Below, in pieces: positions 18,339-27,700 of a stretch of 64,000 nt of DNA. Origin of the DNA: Dehalococcoidia bacterium (GTDB taxonomy: Bacteria > Chloroflexota > Dehalococcoidia > Bin125). The notes beneath the pieces are model-generated. The model saw nothing but the letters and a program-made list of their open reading frames with translations. It had not been told where the DNA came from and searched no databases. The translations under genes and the position numbers were made by a program. Positions within the stretch are counted from its first letter, which is position 1. Each line of letters begins with the position of its first letter. Location: NCBI GenBank assembly GCA_963555985.3, contig OY820591.1, positions 1,088,001 through 1,152,000 on the forward strand, in the 5' to 3' direction.

Positions 18339-19388
18339 ATGCTGATTGTCATGAGCTCCGACGCCACCGACGACGACGTCCAGGGCGTCCTCGCCCGGCT
18401 CCGCAGCGAGAACCTCGAAGGCCACCTTTCCAGGGGCCACCACCAGACCGTGATCGGGGCGGTCGGCGAGGTGATCGACCCCGACATCCGCAGCGCCATG
18501 TCGCGCATGTCCGGCGTCGATGAAGTCATCGCCATCTCCCGCCCCTACAAGCTCACCGGGCGCGACTTCCACCCGCGCGACACCATCATCGAGGTCGGCG
18601 GCGTCAAGATCGGCGACGGCAACATGGTCGTCATGGCCGGCCCCTGCTCGATCGAAAACGAAGAGCACATGGTCAGCACCGCCCGCGCGGTCGCCGCGCA
18701 AGGCGCCCAGATTCTGCGCGGCGGAGCCTTCAAGCCCCGCACCTCCCCCTACGCCTTCCGCGGTCTCGGCGAGGAAGGCCTGCGCCACCTGGCGACCGCG
18801 CGCGACGAAACCGGCCTGCCCGTGATCACCGAGGTCATGGAAACCCGCGATGTCGAACTCGTCGCCCGCTACGCCGACATCCTCCAGATCGGTACCCGCA
18901 ACATGCAGAACTTCATGTTGCTCGATGAGGTTGGCCTGACCCGCAAGCCGGTCATGCTCAAGCGCGGACTCTCCGCCACCATTGACGAGTGGCTGCTCGC
19001 CGCCGAGTACATCATGTCCAAGGGCAACCACGAGGTCATCCTCTGCGAACGCGGTATCCGCACCTACGAAACCGCCACCCGCAACACCCTCGACCTCTCC
19101 GCCATCCCGGTCGTCAAGCGCCTCAGCCACCTCCCCATCGTCAGCGACCCGTCGCACGGCACCGGTCACTGGTACTTGGTCGAGCCAATGGCCCGCGCCT
19201 CCATGGCCGTCGGCGCCGACGGACTCATGGTCGAGGTCCACGACAACCCCGACCATGCCCTTTCCGATGGCCCCCAGTCGCTCACCTTCGAGAACTTCGG
19301 CCGCCTGATGGAGTCGCTTGAGCGAGTCGGCGAGGCCGTTGGCCATCGCCTGGCGCCGCGACCTCAGGTTGCTGCTGTCGCCGACTGA
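18339..19388 (+). CDS. aroF: DAHP synthase type I-beta with N-terminal regulatory domain
   Basis: [40 protein letters not shown]; GAAAGGA RBS. Confidence 0.93.
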   Translation: MLIVMSSDATDDDVQGVLARLRSENLEGHLSRGHHQTVIGAVGEVIDPDIRSAMSRMSGVDEVIAISRPYKLTGRDFHPRDTIIEVGGVKIGDGNMVVMAGPCSIENEEHMVSTARAVAAQGAQILRGGAFKPRTSPYAFRGLGEEGLRHLATARDETGLPVITEVMETRDVELVARYADILQIGTRNMQNFMLLDEVGLTRKPVMLKRGLSATIDEWLLAAEYIMSKGNHEVILCERGIRTYETATRNTLDLSAIPVVKRLSHLPIVSDPSHGTGHWYLVEPMARASMAVGADGLMVEVHDNPDHALSDGPQSLTFENFGRLMESLERVGEAVGHRLAPRPQVAAVAD

Positions 19389-19437
19389 TCCACCCGTCGG
19401 ACCTTTCGCCCGGAGACCACGCTCCGTCGCCGCTGAA

Positions 19438-20046
19438 CTAGCTGCCCGTGAGGGCCTGCTCAGCGGCGGCGGCTCGTTCGTCCACGGCGTAGGACTCTTC
19501 GGTCTGACTCAGCTTGCTCTCCAGTTCAAGCACGGCCGAGCCGACCGAACTCTGCATCGAGCGCAGTTGCTCGTTCAGACGCCGCAGCATCTCCAGCGAG
19601 TACCGATCAGCGGCCAGCGCCTGCTCCATCGCCGCAGTCGTCGCCTCGCCCCGCATCGCGGCCGACTCTTGAATCGCCCGCTCACGCATCGCCGTCGATT
19701 CGCGCCGCGCGCGTTCGAGTGTGTCGTCCGCCCTCGCCTGCGCCGCCAGCGACACCTCATGCGATGCGATCATCGCATCCGCGTCCATCCGCGCCTGCCG
19801 GATCAGAATCGCCGCCTCTTCTTGCGCCTGCTCCAACAACTCCTCGCGTTCGCCGACCAGCCGCCGCGCCTGTTCCGACGATGCCGGCGCAGCCATCCGC
19901 AGCCGGTCGATCAAATCGAGCAGCTCGTCCCGATCCACGCTCCAGCCCCCGCCGAAGCGGCTGCGCCGCCCGCCGAGTACGGCGGCCTCGATCTGGTCAA
20001 TGATCTCAAGCAGGTCGATCGTCGGGCTCCTCCCGCGCTGCCCCAA
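19438..20046 (-). CDS. Coiled-coil DivIVA/ATPase-subunit-like protein downstream of coaD
   Basis: VDRDELLDLID followed by a long helical coiled coil; conserved position after coaD. Confidence 0.6.
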   Translation of the reverse strand: MGQRGRSPTIDLLEIIDQIEAAVLGGRRSRFGGGWSVDRDELLDLIDRLRMAAPASSEQARRLVGEREELLEQAQEEAAILIRQARMDADAMIASHEVSLAAQARADDTLERARRESTAMRERAIQESAAMRGEATTAAMEQALAADRYSLEMLRRLNEQLRSMQSSVGSAVLELESKLSQTEESYAVDERAAAAEQALTGS

Positions 20047-20115
20047 CGCTGAGGCACAATTCGACTCTAACGCGCTGCGGCGTCATGGCGAACGCAAGCG
20101 GCGCCCCGAATCTCG

Positions 20116-20601
20116 CTAGCGGCTAGCTGGCGGCCCGAACTTCTCTGCCAGCGCCGCCGCCACGTTCGCCGGTACCAGGTCGTCAACCGGATGATGCAGC
20201 GCCGCCAGCTCCCGAATCCGGCTCGCCGAAATGAAGAGATGCTCGTGTCCGGTCATCAGGAACACCGACTCGATGTGCGGCGCCATCTTCTTGTTCATCA
20301 ACGCCATGTCGAACTCGGTCTCGAAGTCGGTCATTGCCCGAATCCCACGCACCAACACACTCGCGCCCATTTCGTCGGCGTAGTTGACGACCAGCCCCTC
20401 AAAGTAGTTGGCGCGCACATTCGGGCAGTGCTTCGTCGCCTCAACGATCAGCGCCAGCCGCTCCTCAACCGTGAACAGCTCGCGACTGCGCCCGTAGATT
20501 GCCATCACCACCTCGTCGAACATCCCCGCCGCCCGCTGGACGATGTCAAGGTGCCCGTTCGTAATCGGATCAAACCCTCCCGGGTACAACGCGATCGTCA
20601 T
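20116..20601 (-). CDS. coaD: Pantetheine-phosphate adenylyltransferase
   Basis: ALYPGGFDPITNGHLDI, VRGIR..DFE. Confidence 0.93.
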   Translation of the reverse strand: MTIALYPGGFDPITNGHLDIVQRAAGMFDEVVMAIYGRSRELFTVEERLALIVEATKHCPNVRANYFEGLVVNYADEMGASVLVRGIRAMTDFETEFDMALMNKKMAPHIESVFLMTGHEHLFISASRIRELAALHHPVDDLVPANVAAALAEKFGPPASR

Positions 20602-20619
20602 CCTGCCGCTCCCTCCGAG

Positions 20620-21189
20620 CTAGGCATGGCGGTATGCATCGATTGCGCCGTCACCATAGCGCCGCTGGTCGATCCGCACTAGCCCGCCGATCCGCTCCGG
20701 CGGCGGTGTCGGCCCGGGACTACCGATCCGCCGCCGCCAGATCAAGATCGCGCCGACGTCCAGCATCCCCCGCTCATCCAGCTCTTCGACAACCGCTCGC
20801 GCATCTACCCCGTACGGCGGATCGACGAAAGCGAGATCAGCCCCGCTCACGATCCGTGAGAAACAGCGTTCCACCGGCATCCGATGCACGCGCCCGCGCC
20901 GGGTCAGCTCCAATTCGGCCAGGTTGCGCCGGATCACTGCACAGGCCGAGCCCGCGCGCTCAACAAAGTCCACCCACTCCGCTCCCCGACTGAGCGCCTC
21001 GATCCCCAGATATCCAGCTCCGGCGTAGAGATCGAGGATCGTGCCGCCCTCAACCCGCTCGCGCACTTCCGGGCGATCAAAGATCGCGCCTCGAATGATC
21101 GCCGTCGCCGGTCGAGTGCCGGCCGCCGGACTGCGCAACCGCCGCCCCGCCAGTTCGCCCCCGACCACTCGCGCCGATGATCGCGCCAC
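20620..21189 (-). CDS. rsmD: 16S rRNA m2G966 methyltransferase
   Basis: LDLYAGAG, EALSRGA, DPPY; rsmD-coaD synteny. Confidence 0.88.
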   Translation of the reverse strand: MARSSARVVGGELAGRRLRSPAAGTRPATAIIRGAIFDRPEVRERVEGGTILDLYAGAGYLGIEALSRGAEWVDFVERAGSACAVIRRNLAELELTRRGRVHRMPVERCFSRIVSGADLAFVDPPYGVDARAVVEELDERGMLDVGAILIWRRRIGSPGPTPPPERIGGLVRIDQRRYGDGAIDAYRHA

Positions 21190-21193
21190 CGAA

Positions 21194-22981
21194 TTATTCT
21201 CCCCCCTCTACCGGCACGTTGATCGCATGACCCACCCGCACATCGCCGTCGCTTACGATCAACCTCGCCTCGTAGTTGCCCGCCGCTCGCGGCAGCTCCC
21301 ACAACTGCCAGCCCGTACCGCTCGCGCCCGACAACGTGCCCGCCTCCACCTCGAACACCGGCGTAAACAGAATCGGGTTGGGCAGACGCAGATCCGCCCG
21401 TCCCGATTCAAAGAAGGCGGCAAGCGCAGGCCAGAGATTTGCGTTTGCGGGATCGGCTGAGGCGTTGCTCAGATACACCCCGCCGAGTTGCCATTGCTCA
21501 ACGACACGCAAACGGAACGCCGCGCTGAATCGATTCTCAATCCAGATCGTGACCGCGCTTCCGGTCTGATCCGCGAATGAGAACGTGACCACATGGTTGA
21601 CTTGATCCCAGCGCAAGCCGCTCGAGGCGTTGTCCAGCATCACCGACTCGCCCTGCAAGGTCACCCGCGTGCCCGGCCGAAACGGTCCTGGTTCGCGAAT
21701 ACTCAGAGCCGATGCGATTCCCAGAGCGGCCCGCTGAGAAATCTCGCTCAGCCCGTCGGCGCTGCGCATCACTGCGTTGGAACGCAACGCCAGCAATACC
21801 CGCTCGCGTTCCACCCGTTCCAGCAGCGTAGGCACTGATGCGGCGATTGCCGCCTCGTAGACCGTCGGATCCAAGGGCGGCTCAATCACGATGAAATCGG
21901 CTGCCGCGCCAAGCAGCGCCAAGTCGTACGCGCCCTCGCCGAACCCTCCCGATGCCGTCAGCGGGATATGCACGGCCAGTCCGCGATCATCACGGTGGAG
22001 CAGATCGGCAAGCTCGGTGATGAACGCCGTGAACTGGCTGCGCAGCGCCGGCGAGACCTGGAGGTAGTGAATATCAACCCCGTCGTAGCGCCCATTCTGA
22101 ATCGAGAACTGGATGTTCCGTATGTGCTGCTGCCGCAGGGTGTCCGAGGCCAGGATGTCGTTCACGACCTCTGCGCTGTCCTCATCGGCATACAGCGTCG
22201 GCCACACGCTCTGCGTAATCGAAGGCGCGACGAGATTGACGCCTCCCAAGAGCGACGCATCTGCGCTCGGCGTCCAACCGTCCGGGTGGACGACCGTCAG
22301 CGAGCCGGCTATATCCGCCTGCGGCTCTTCGCCTCGAGGTACCCGTCCCGCGATCACGTCGCGGAACTGAAGCCGGCGCAGAATTGCGATATTCGGCGGC
22401 GTACTGGTCAGTGTGATTCGGGCGGCAACGCCGTCGCTGGTGAGCTGCGCGGGCCCCAGCCGCACCCAGTTCTCGCCGTCCCAGGTGTAGGCGCCCAAAT
22501 TGCGCGCGTCCTGCGTCGGCGTGGAGAGACGAATCGTGAACTCAAACGGTCCGACGCGACCTGCCGGCGCCTGAAGCTCCAGAATTGGAGAGACCGCCCC
22601 GAGCACGTCGGGAATTGGAGGCAGTTCCTGTCGCAGCGTGGCTTCAAACGAGATCGGCAAGGCCACCGCAGAAGCGTCCGCCGGCGCTGCCGCCTCTGCT
22701 TCAGCTTCGGTGTCCGAGCTTTGGAGCGCGTCGAGCTCGATTAACCCCGGCTCGACAAACAGAACCACGATCGCCGCCGCGAGCAGTACGCCCAAGAGGA
22801 GCATGAGCCATACGCCGACTCCGCCGCCGCGTCGCGGACCCTCACTGCGCTGTCTCCTCGGCGGGCGCGGCGGCGGCGTGGCGGCTCGTTCCGGCCCCGG
22901 CTCAAACGGTGCTGGAGCGCTGGGGGCCTCACCCACCCGCCGAATTGGACGCGGTTCGTAACCGCCTCCCAGACGACTCAC
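21194..22981 (-). CDS. Membrane-anchored GH18-like (TIM barrel) protein
   Basis: TM anchor; LRQQHIRNI...YDGVDIHY...FTAFITELADLLH; C-terminal WIEN...LGGV. Confidence 0.6.
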   Translation of the reverse strand: MSRLGGGYEPRPIRRVGEAPSAPAPFEPGPERAATPPPRPPRRQRSEGPRRGGGVGVWLMLLLGVLLAAAIVVLFVEPGLIELDALQSSDTEAEAEAAAPADASAVALPISFEATLRQELPPIPDVLGAVSPILELQAPAGRVGPFEFTIRLSTPTQDARNLGAYTWDGENWVRLGPAQLTSDGVAARITLTSTPPNIAILRRLQFRDVIAGRVPRGEEPQADIAGSLTVVHPDGWTPSADASLLGGVNLVAPSITQSVWPTLYADEDSAEVVNDILASDTLRQQHIRNIQFSIQNGRYDGVDIHYLQVSPALRSQFTAFITELADLLHRDDRGLAVHIPLTASGGFGEGAYDLALLGAAADFIVIEPPLDPTVYEAAIAASVPTLLERVERERVLLALRSNAVMRSADGLSEISQRAALGIASALSIREPGPFRPGTRVTLQGESVMLDNASSGLRWDQVNHVVTFSFADQTGSAVTIWIENRFSAAFRLRVVEQWQLGGVYLSNASADPANANLWPALAAFFESGRADLRLPNPILFTPVFEVEAGTLSGASGTGWQLWELPRAAGNYEARLIVSDGDVRVGHAINVPVEGGE

Positions 22982-24171
22982 GGCTCCCGCAAGTCGGGCG
23001 CGATCATCAGCGTCCGCTCCTCGCCAAACCGATGCACCCGAACCCGCACCGGCACGTTCGGCTCCAACCTTGCCAGCACGTTGACGAATGGGTTCTCGGC
23101 ATTCACTTGCACCCCGGCCAACTCACGAATCACATCGCCCGGCCGTATCCCCGCCCGAGCAAACGCCCCGTTGCGCTTCAGCTCGATCAGGAACGATCCC
23201 TCCGTCACTTCCAAATTCAACTGTACCGCCGCCGCCGGTGTGAGCAGACGCTCGTCTACTACCCCAAAGGTCGGGCGCGGGTAGTAGCCGTCCCTGGCAA
23301 TGCCCCGCGCCACGTCTAGGACTGAATCGATCTGGATCGCGAAGCCGACGCCATCAACGAAATCGCCGTCCTTCGTCTCTCTGGCGATCACCGCGGTCAT
23401 CCCGACCACCTCTCCGTCCAATGAGACTAACGCGCCTCCGGAGTTGCCGTGATTGAGCGCGGCGTCGGTCTGAATCAGTCGTTCCTGAATCAACCGCTCG
23501 CGGAAAAACGTCGTGTCGGGGTCACTCACGATGCCCATCGTCATCGCAAGTTCCTGTCCGAGCAGAATGTTGCCAATCGCCAGCACGGTTTGTCCGACTT
23601 TCAGGTCGGCAGAGCGGCCGAACGGCGCGGCAATCAAACCGGTTGGATCCGTGCGCAGCACCGCGACATCGCTGAAGGGTTGGTCGTGGCTCACGAGCTC
23701 CGCCAAACGCCGCTCACCGTCGGCGGTAATGATCTGAATCGTTGTCATACCTTCCAGCACGTGAGCGACCGTCACGATATGTCCCGCGTTGTCCAGCACG
23801 AAGCCGCTCCCTAGCGCAGCCGGGGCGACGATCACACCGTCCTCCCGGGTTCGCTCGGGTCCTTCGGCGTCAATGATCACGATTGAGGGCGCAACCCGAG
23901 CATACGCAGCGACGATCCGATCACTGTCGCCCACGATCCCGGCCGCCATCGCTTCCGCGACGGTGGCTTCGATCATCGCTTCCGTCTCGGTTGCCGAAAG
24001 CGTTGCCTGGTACCGATCTTCCAGCGCCGCCTCCACGATCGGGCGTATGACCGCTCGCAGCGCATCCTCGTCAAGGGCCGGTTCACCGGCGCTGCTCAGC
24101 CATCCGGCGACCGCGCCGGCAAGGGCTCCCGCCACCACTGCCGTCACCGCAATCAGTAACACATGACGCAC
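22978..24171 (-). CDS. HtrA/DegP-type S1C serine protease with PDZ domain
   Basis: GSGFV, VTVAHV, DVAVL, QTDAALNHGNSGGAL, GIRPGDVI. Confidence 0.9.
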   Translation of the reverse strand: MRHVLLIAVTAVVAGALAGAVAGWLSSAGEPALDEDALRAVIRPIVEAALEDRYQATLSATETEAMIEATVAEAMAAGIVGDSDRIVAAYARVAPSIVIIDAEGPERTREDGVIVAPAALGSGFVLDNAGHIVTVAHVLEGMTTIQIITADGERRLAELVSHDQPFSDVAVLRTDPTGLIAAPFGRSADLKVGQTVLAIGNILLGQELAMTMGIVSDPDTTFFRERLIQERLIQTDAALNHGNSGGALVSLDGEVVGMTAVIARETKDGDFVDGVGFAIQIDSVLDVARGIARDGYYPRPTFGVVDERLLTPAAAVQLNLEVTEGSFLIELKRNGAFARAGIRPGDVIRELAGVQVNAENPFVNVLARLEPNVPVRVRVHRFGEERTLMIAPDLREP

Positions 24172-24267
24172 AGCACCCCCTGAGGCACAGAATCAGCGGC
24201 TCAATATGGTATCGTACCCGCCTGTCTGATGTCGCGCCGATGGCGCACTGCTGGTCAGGACACTCCC

Positions 24268-24747
24268 GTGGTTGTCCGACGTTCGATCCCAATCACTGCA
24301 CAGGGGTTGGAACGCCTGCACGCGGAACTCGCCGAGCTCAAGGAGCGCCGCCGCACCGCTGCACAGCAAATCCAGCAAGTGCGCGAAGATTCGCCGGGCG
24401 CGCGTGACGAGGGCGAAGGCGAAGAGACCAAGATCGAACAGGCCTTTATCGAAGGCCGCATCCGCGAAATCGAAGCCGTCATCGACAGCGCCGAGCTGAT
24501 CGACGAAGAGAAGGCCCACCAGTCCGACATCGTGCGCCTCGGCTCGACCGTCACCGTCCGCCCCAGCCGTCGCCGCAAAGACTTCACCTACACCATCGTC
24601 GGACCCACTGAAGTCGACCCCGCCAACGGTCGCGTCTCCGATGAGTCTCCGGTTGGGCAGGCGCTGCTTGGCGCAAAAGTCGGCGACACTGTCGAAGTCA
24701 ATGCCCCGAACGGCCTGCTCAAACTCAAGGTCAAGGCGATCGAGTAG
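24268..24747 (+). CDS. greA: GreA/GreB family transcription elongation factor
   Basis: ITAQGLERLHAEL, VRLGSTV, YTIVG, SPVGQALLG; greA-lysS synteny; atypical coiled-coil tip. Confidence 0.8.
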   Translation: MVVRRSIPITAQGLERLHAELAELKERRRTAAQQIQQVREDSPGARDEGEGEETKIEQAFIEGRIREIEAVIDSAELIDEEKAHQSDIVRLGSTVTVRPSRRRKDFTYTIVGPTEVDPANGRVSDESPVGQALLGAKVGDTVEVNAPNGLLKLKVKAIE

Positions 24748-24795
24748 TCGTGCGCGGTCTCCGGCTCAGCGGCGGGAGGCCGCAGCCTGAGAAAC

Positions 24796-26310
24796 GTGTC
24801 CACGATGAACGACTCCCAGCCAACCGGTTCCGACACGCGCTATCTGCGTGAGATCATCAACGAACGGATCGCCAAGTCCGAGGCGCTGCGCGACTCGGGC
24901 CACGATCCCTACCCGCCAAGAACCAGCCGCAGCCACACGCTCGCCCAAGCCCGCGCCAAGTTCGAGGCGCATGAACAAGTCGGCGCCGAGAGCGATGGGC
25001 CGGAGGTGATCGTCGCTGGACGCATCACCGGCCTGCGCAACATGGGCCGCATTGCCTTCCTCGATCTGGAAGACGACAGCGGCGAGCTTCAGGTCATGGC
25101 CGGCAAGCGAGCGCTCGGCGAGAGCTGGCCCTTGCTCGATCAGCTAGACCTCGGTGATTTCATCGAGGCGCAAGGCCCGACCATTCGCTCGCGCCGCGGC
25201 GAAGTCTCGGTTCAGGCGCAGTCGCTGGGTGTGCTGGTCAAATCGCTTCGCCCCCCGCCCGAGAAGTATCACGGCCTACAAGACATTGAAGTCCGCTACC
25301 GCCAGCGCTACCTCGACCTGATCGCTAACGAGGATGCAAAGCAAGTGCTGCGCACGCGCTCGCGGATCGTCTCCGCGATGCGTCGTTTCATGGACGAGCG
25401 CGGTTTCCTCGAAGTTGAGACGCCGGTGCTCCAGTCAGAGGCCGGGGGAGCGGCGGCGAGACCGTTCCTGACCCATTTCAACGCTCTCGACGAGCCACGC
25501 CAGCTTCGGATTGCGCTGGAGTTGCACCTCAAGAGGCTCATCGTCGGCGGCTTCGACAAGGTCTATGAGATTGGCCGGATCTTCCGCAACGAGGGCTTCG
25601 GTAACCGCTGGAACCCCGAGTTCACAATGCTCGAGAGCTACGAGGCCTACACCGACTACCACGGCGTCGCCGAGATGCTCGAAGCGGCGCTGTCGTCCAT
25701 CGCAACCGAAGTCACCGGTTCGACTCGCGCGCCTTGGCGGGACGGCGAGATCGATTTCAGCCCGCCGTTCGCGCGGGTGACGATGGTTGATGCCGTCAAG
25801 GAGCACGTGGGCGTTGACTTCCGCGACTATCCGACGATCGAGGCGATGGAGGGTTTGCTGCGCGACAACGGCGTGGCGATCCCGCCCGACGCGGGCTGGG
25901 GCAAGCTGTTCGACGAGTTGGTTTCGGAGCGCGTCGAGCCGCACTTGCAGCAGCCGACCTTCCTGCTTGACTACCCACTCGCCATCTCGCCGCTGGCCAA
26001 GCGCACCGAGTATGACGACACGCTCGTCGAACGCTTCGAGCTTTTCGTCGGCGGCTGGGAACTGGCCAACGCCTACACCGAACTCAACGATCCCGTCGAT
26101 CAGCGACAGAGATTCGAGGAACAACTCCGCCTCAAAGCCGCCGGGGACGACGAAGCCGAGCTGCTCGACGAGGATTTCATCATCGCGCTCGAGCACGGGA
26201 TGCCCCCTACCGGCGGGCTCGGCATGGGCATGGATCGCCTGGCCATGCTGCTGACCAACTCTCAGTCGATCCGCGACGTGATCCTCTTCCCGCAGATGCG
26301 GAAGCTCTGA
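24796..26310 (+). CDS. lysS: Lysine--tRNA ligase (class II)
   Basis: RYRQRYLDLI, GGAAARPF, FRNEG, GMPPTGGLGMG, IRDVILFP. Confidence 0.97.
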   Translation: MSTMNDSQPTGSDTRYLREIINERIAKSEALRDSGHDPYPPRTSRSHTLAQARAKFEAHEQVGAESDGPEVIVAGRITGLRNMGRIAFLDLEDDSGELQVMAGKRALGESWPLLDQLDLGDFIEAQGPTIRSRRGEVSVQAQSLGVLVKSLRPPPEKYHGLQDIEVRYRQRYLDLIANEDAKQVLRTRSRIVSAMRRFMDERGFLEVETPVLQSEAGGAAARPFLTHFNALDEPRQLRIALELHLKRLIVGGFDKVYEIGRIFRNEGFGNRWNPEFTMLESYEAYTDYHGVAEMLEAALSSIATEVTGSTRAPWRDGEIDFSPPFARVTMVDAVKEHVGVDFRDYPTIEAMEGLLRDNGVAIPPDAGWGKLFDELVSERVEPHLQQPTFLLDYPLAISPLAKRTEYDDTLVERFELFVGGWELANAYTELNDPVDQRQRFEEQLRLKAAGDDEAELLDEDFIIALEHGMPPTGGLGMGMDRLAMLLTNSQSIRDVILFPQMRKL

Positions 26311-26345
26311 TTGAATAGGAGGACGCTCCGATTCGCGCGGAATCG

Positions 26346-27620
26346 CTACTCGGGCAAGGCGTCGCGAGTGACGCCGCTCTCGATCAAGCCGTCTACCTGC
26401 CCACCGTCGAATCCGAGTTCCGTAAGCAGCGCCCGCGTCTCGCTGGCGAAGGGAGCGGTCGCAGACGGCGGACGGAAGCCGTCCTCATCCAGCACGACCG
26501 GCGGTGCGAGCACGCGGATTGGCCCAGCGGCTGGATGCTCCATGTCGTAGAGCATCGAGTTGGCCTCGACTTGAGGATCGTCGAGCAACTCGAATGGGAG
26601 CAAGACTCGGGAGACGGGCACGCCGGCGTCTGCGAGCAGTGCTTCCCAGTGGGCGGTCGGCTGGCTCAAGATGATCTGCTCGGCGGCCAGGCGCAGACGC
26701 TCGTAGTGCTCTTCGTGGTTATTCGGGTCGTCGCCGGTGTAGTCGTCCTCGAGCCCGATTGCGAGACAGAAGGCTGCACGCAATCGGGTGCTGCCGCAGG
26801 CGACTGCGAGCCAACCATCGGCGGTGGTGTACGTGCGAAAGTAGATGTCGGCCATCAGCCGCGCGCGGGCGGACGGCTGCGCCATCCGCTGTTCCGCGTA
26901 GGGAGCGCCCCGCTCGCGCAACTGCGCCAATTCTCGTCGGGATTCTGCATGAATCGGCCCGTCCAGCGACTCCACGCGAAGCATCTGGTTGTTGTTCAAG
27001 TTCATCGCGGCCTGCATCAAGGAGGCATGCACTATGCCGCCTTCGCCGGTGATGGTGCGCCGCAGCAGCGCCGACGCGACTCCGAACGCGAGCGTCATTG
27101 CGCACATGTAGTCCGCCGCCACCGGATCGCCGCTCGCGGGGCGGTCTTCCGTCGTGCGGCCATTCGCCACCATCAGACCGGAGCGCGCCTGCACCACGAT
27201 GTCCATGCCGGCCAAACCGGCGTCGGGACCGTAGCGTCCGAACGGGGTCACCTGCGCGATGATCAGGCGCGGATATCTGGTGCGCAGCGTCGTTGGATCG
27301 AGTCCGAGCTGTTCGGCGAGACCGGGGCGGAAGTTCATCAAGGCGACGTCCGCGTCCTTGAGCAGCGCGTCGATTACCTGGCCCGCATCGGGATGACGGA
27401 GATGCAGCGGCAGCGAGCGTTTGCCTCGATTGCGGGAGAGATAGGTCCGCGACTCCATCGGCGCAATCTGCGCGAGACGGCGGGTGGGGTCGCCTTCGAG
27501 CGACTCGATCTTGATCACCTCGGCGCCGCCTTCGGCCAGCAATTGGGCACAGAAGGGTACTGCGACAAACTGTCCAAACTCGATCACCCGAATGCCGTCA
27601 AATGGCTGCTCAGTGACCAA
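26346..27620 (-). CDS. CoA-transferase family III (CaiB/BaiF)
   Basis: GAEVIKIES..GD, NRGKRSL, NFRPG, D.VVQARSGLM. Confidence 0.9.
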   Translation of the reverse strand: MVTEQPFDGIRVIEFGQFVAVPFCAQLLAEGGAEVIKIESLEGDPTRRLAQIAPMESRTYLSRNRGKRSLPLHLRHPDAGQVIDALLKDADVALMNFRPGLAEQLGLDPTTLRTRYPRLIIAQVTPFGRYGPDAGLAGMDIVVQARSGLMVANGRTTEDRPASGDPVAADYMCAMTLAFGVASALLRRTITGEGGIVHASLMQAAMNLNNNQMLRVESLDGPIHAESRRELAQLRERGAPYAEQRMAQPSARARLMADIYFRTYTTADGWLAVACGSTRLRAAFCLAIGLEDDYTGDDPNNHEEHYERLRLAAEQIILSQPTAHWEALLADAGVPVSRVLLPFELLDDPQVEANSMLYDMEHPAAGPIRVLAPPVVLDEDGFRPPSATAPFASETRALLTELGFDGGQVDGLIESGVTRDALPE

Positions 27621-27700
27621 TGTCCTGCTCCTTACCGCTGCGTTTCACGCATCGCTGCGATCGCAGCGACGCTACCAGAGCGTCGGCTCGGTGCATCGTC

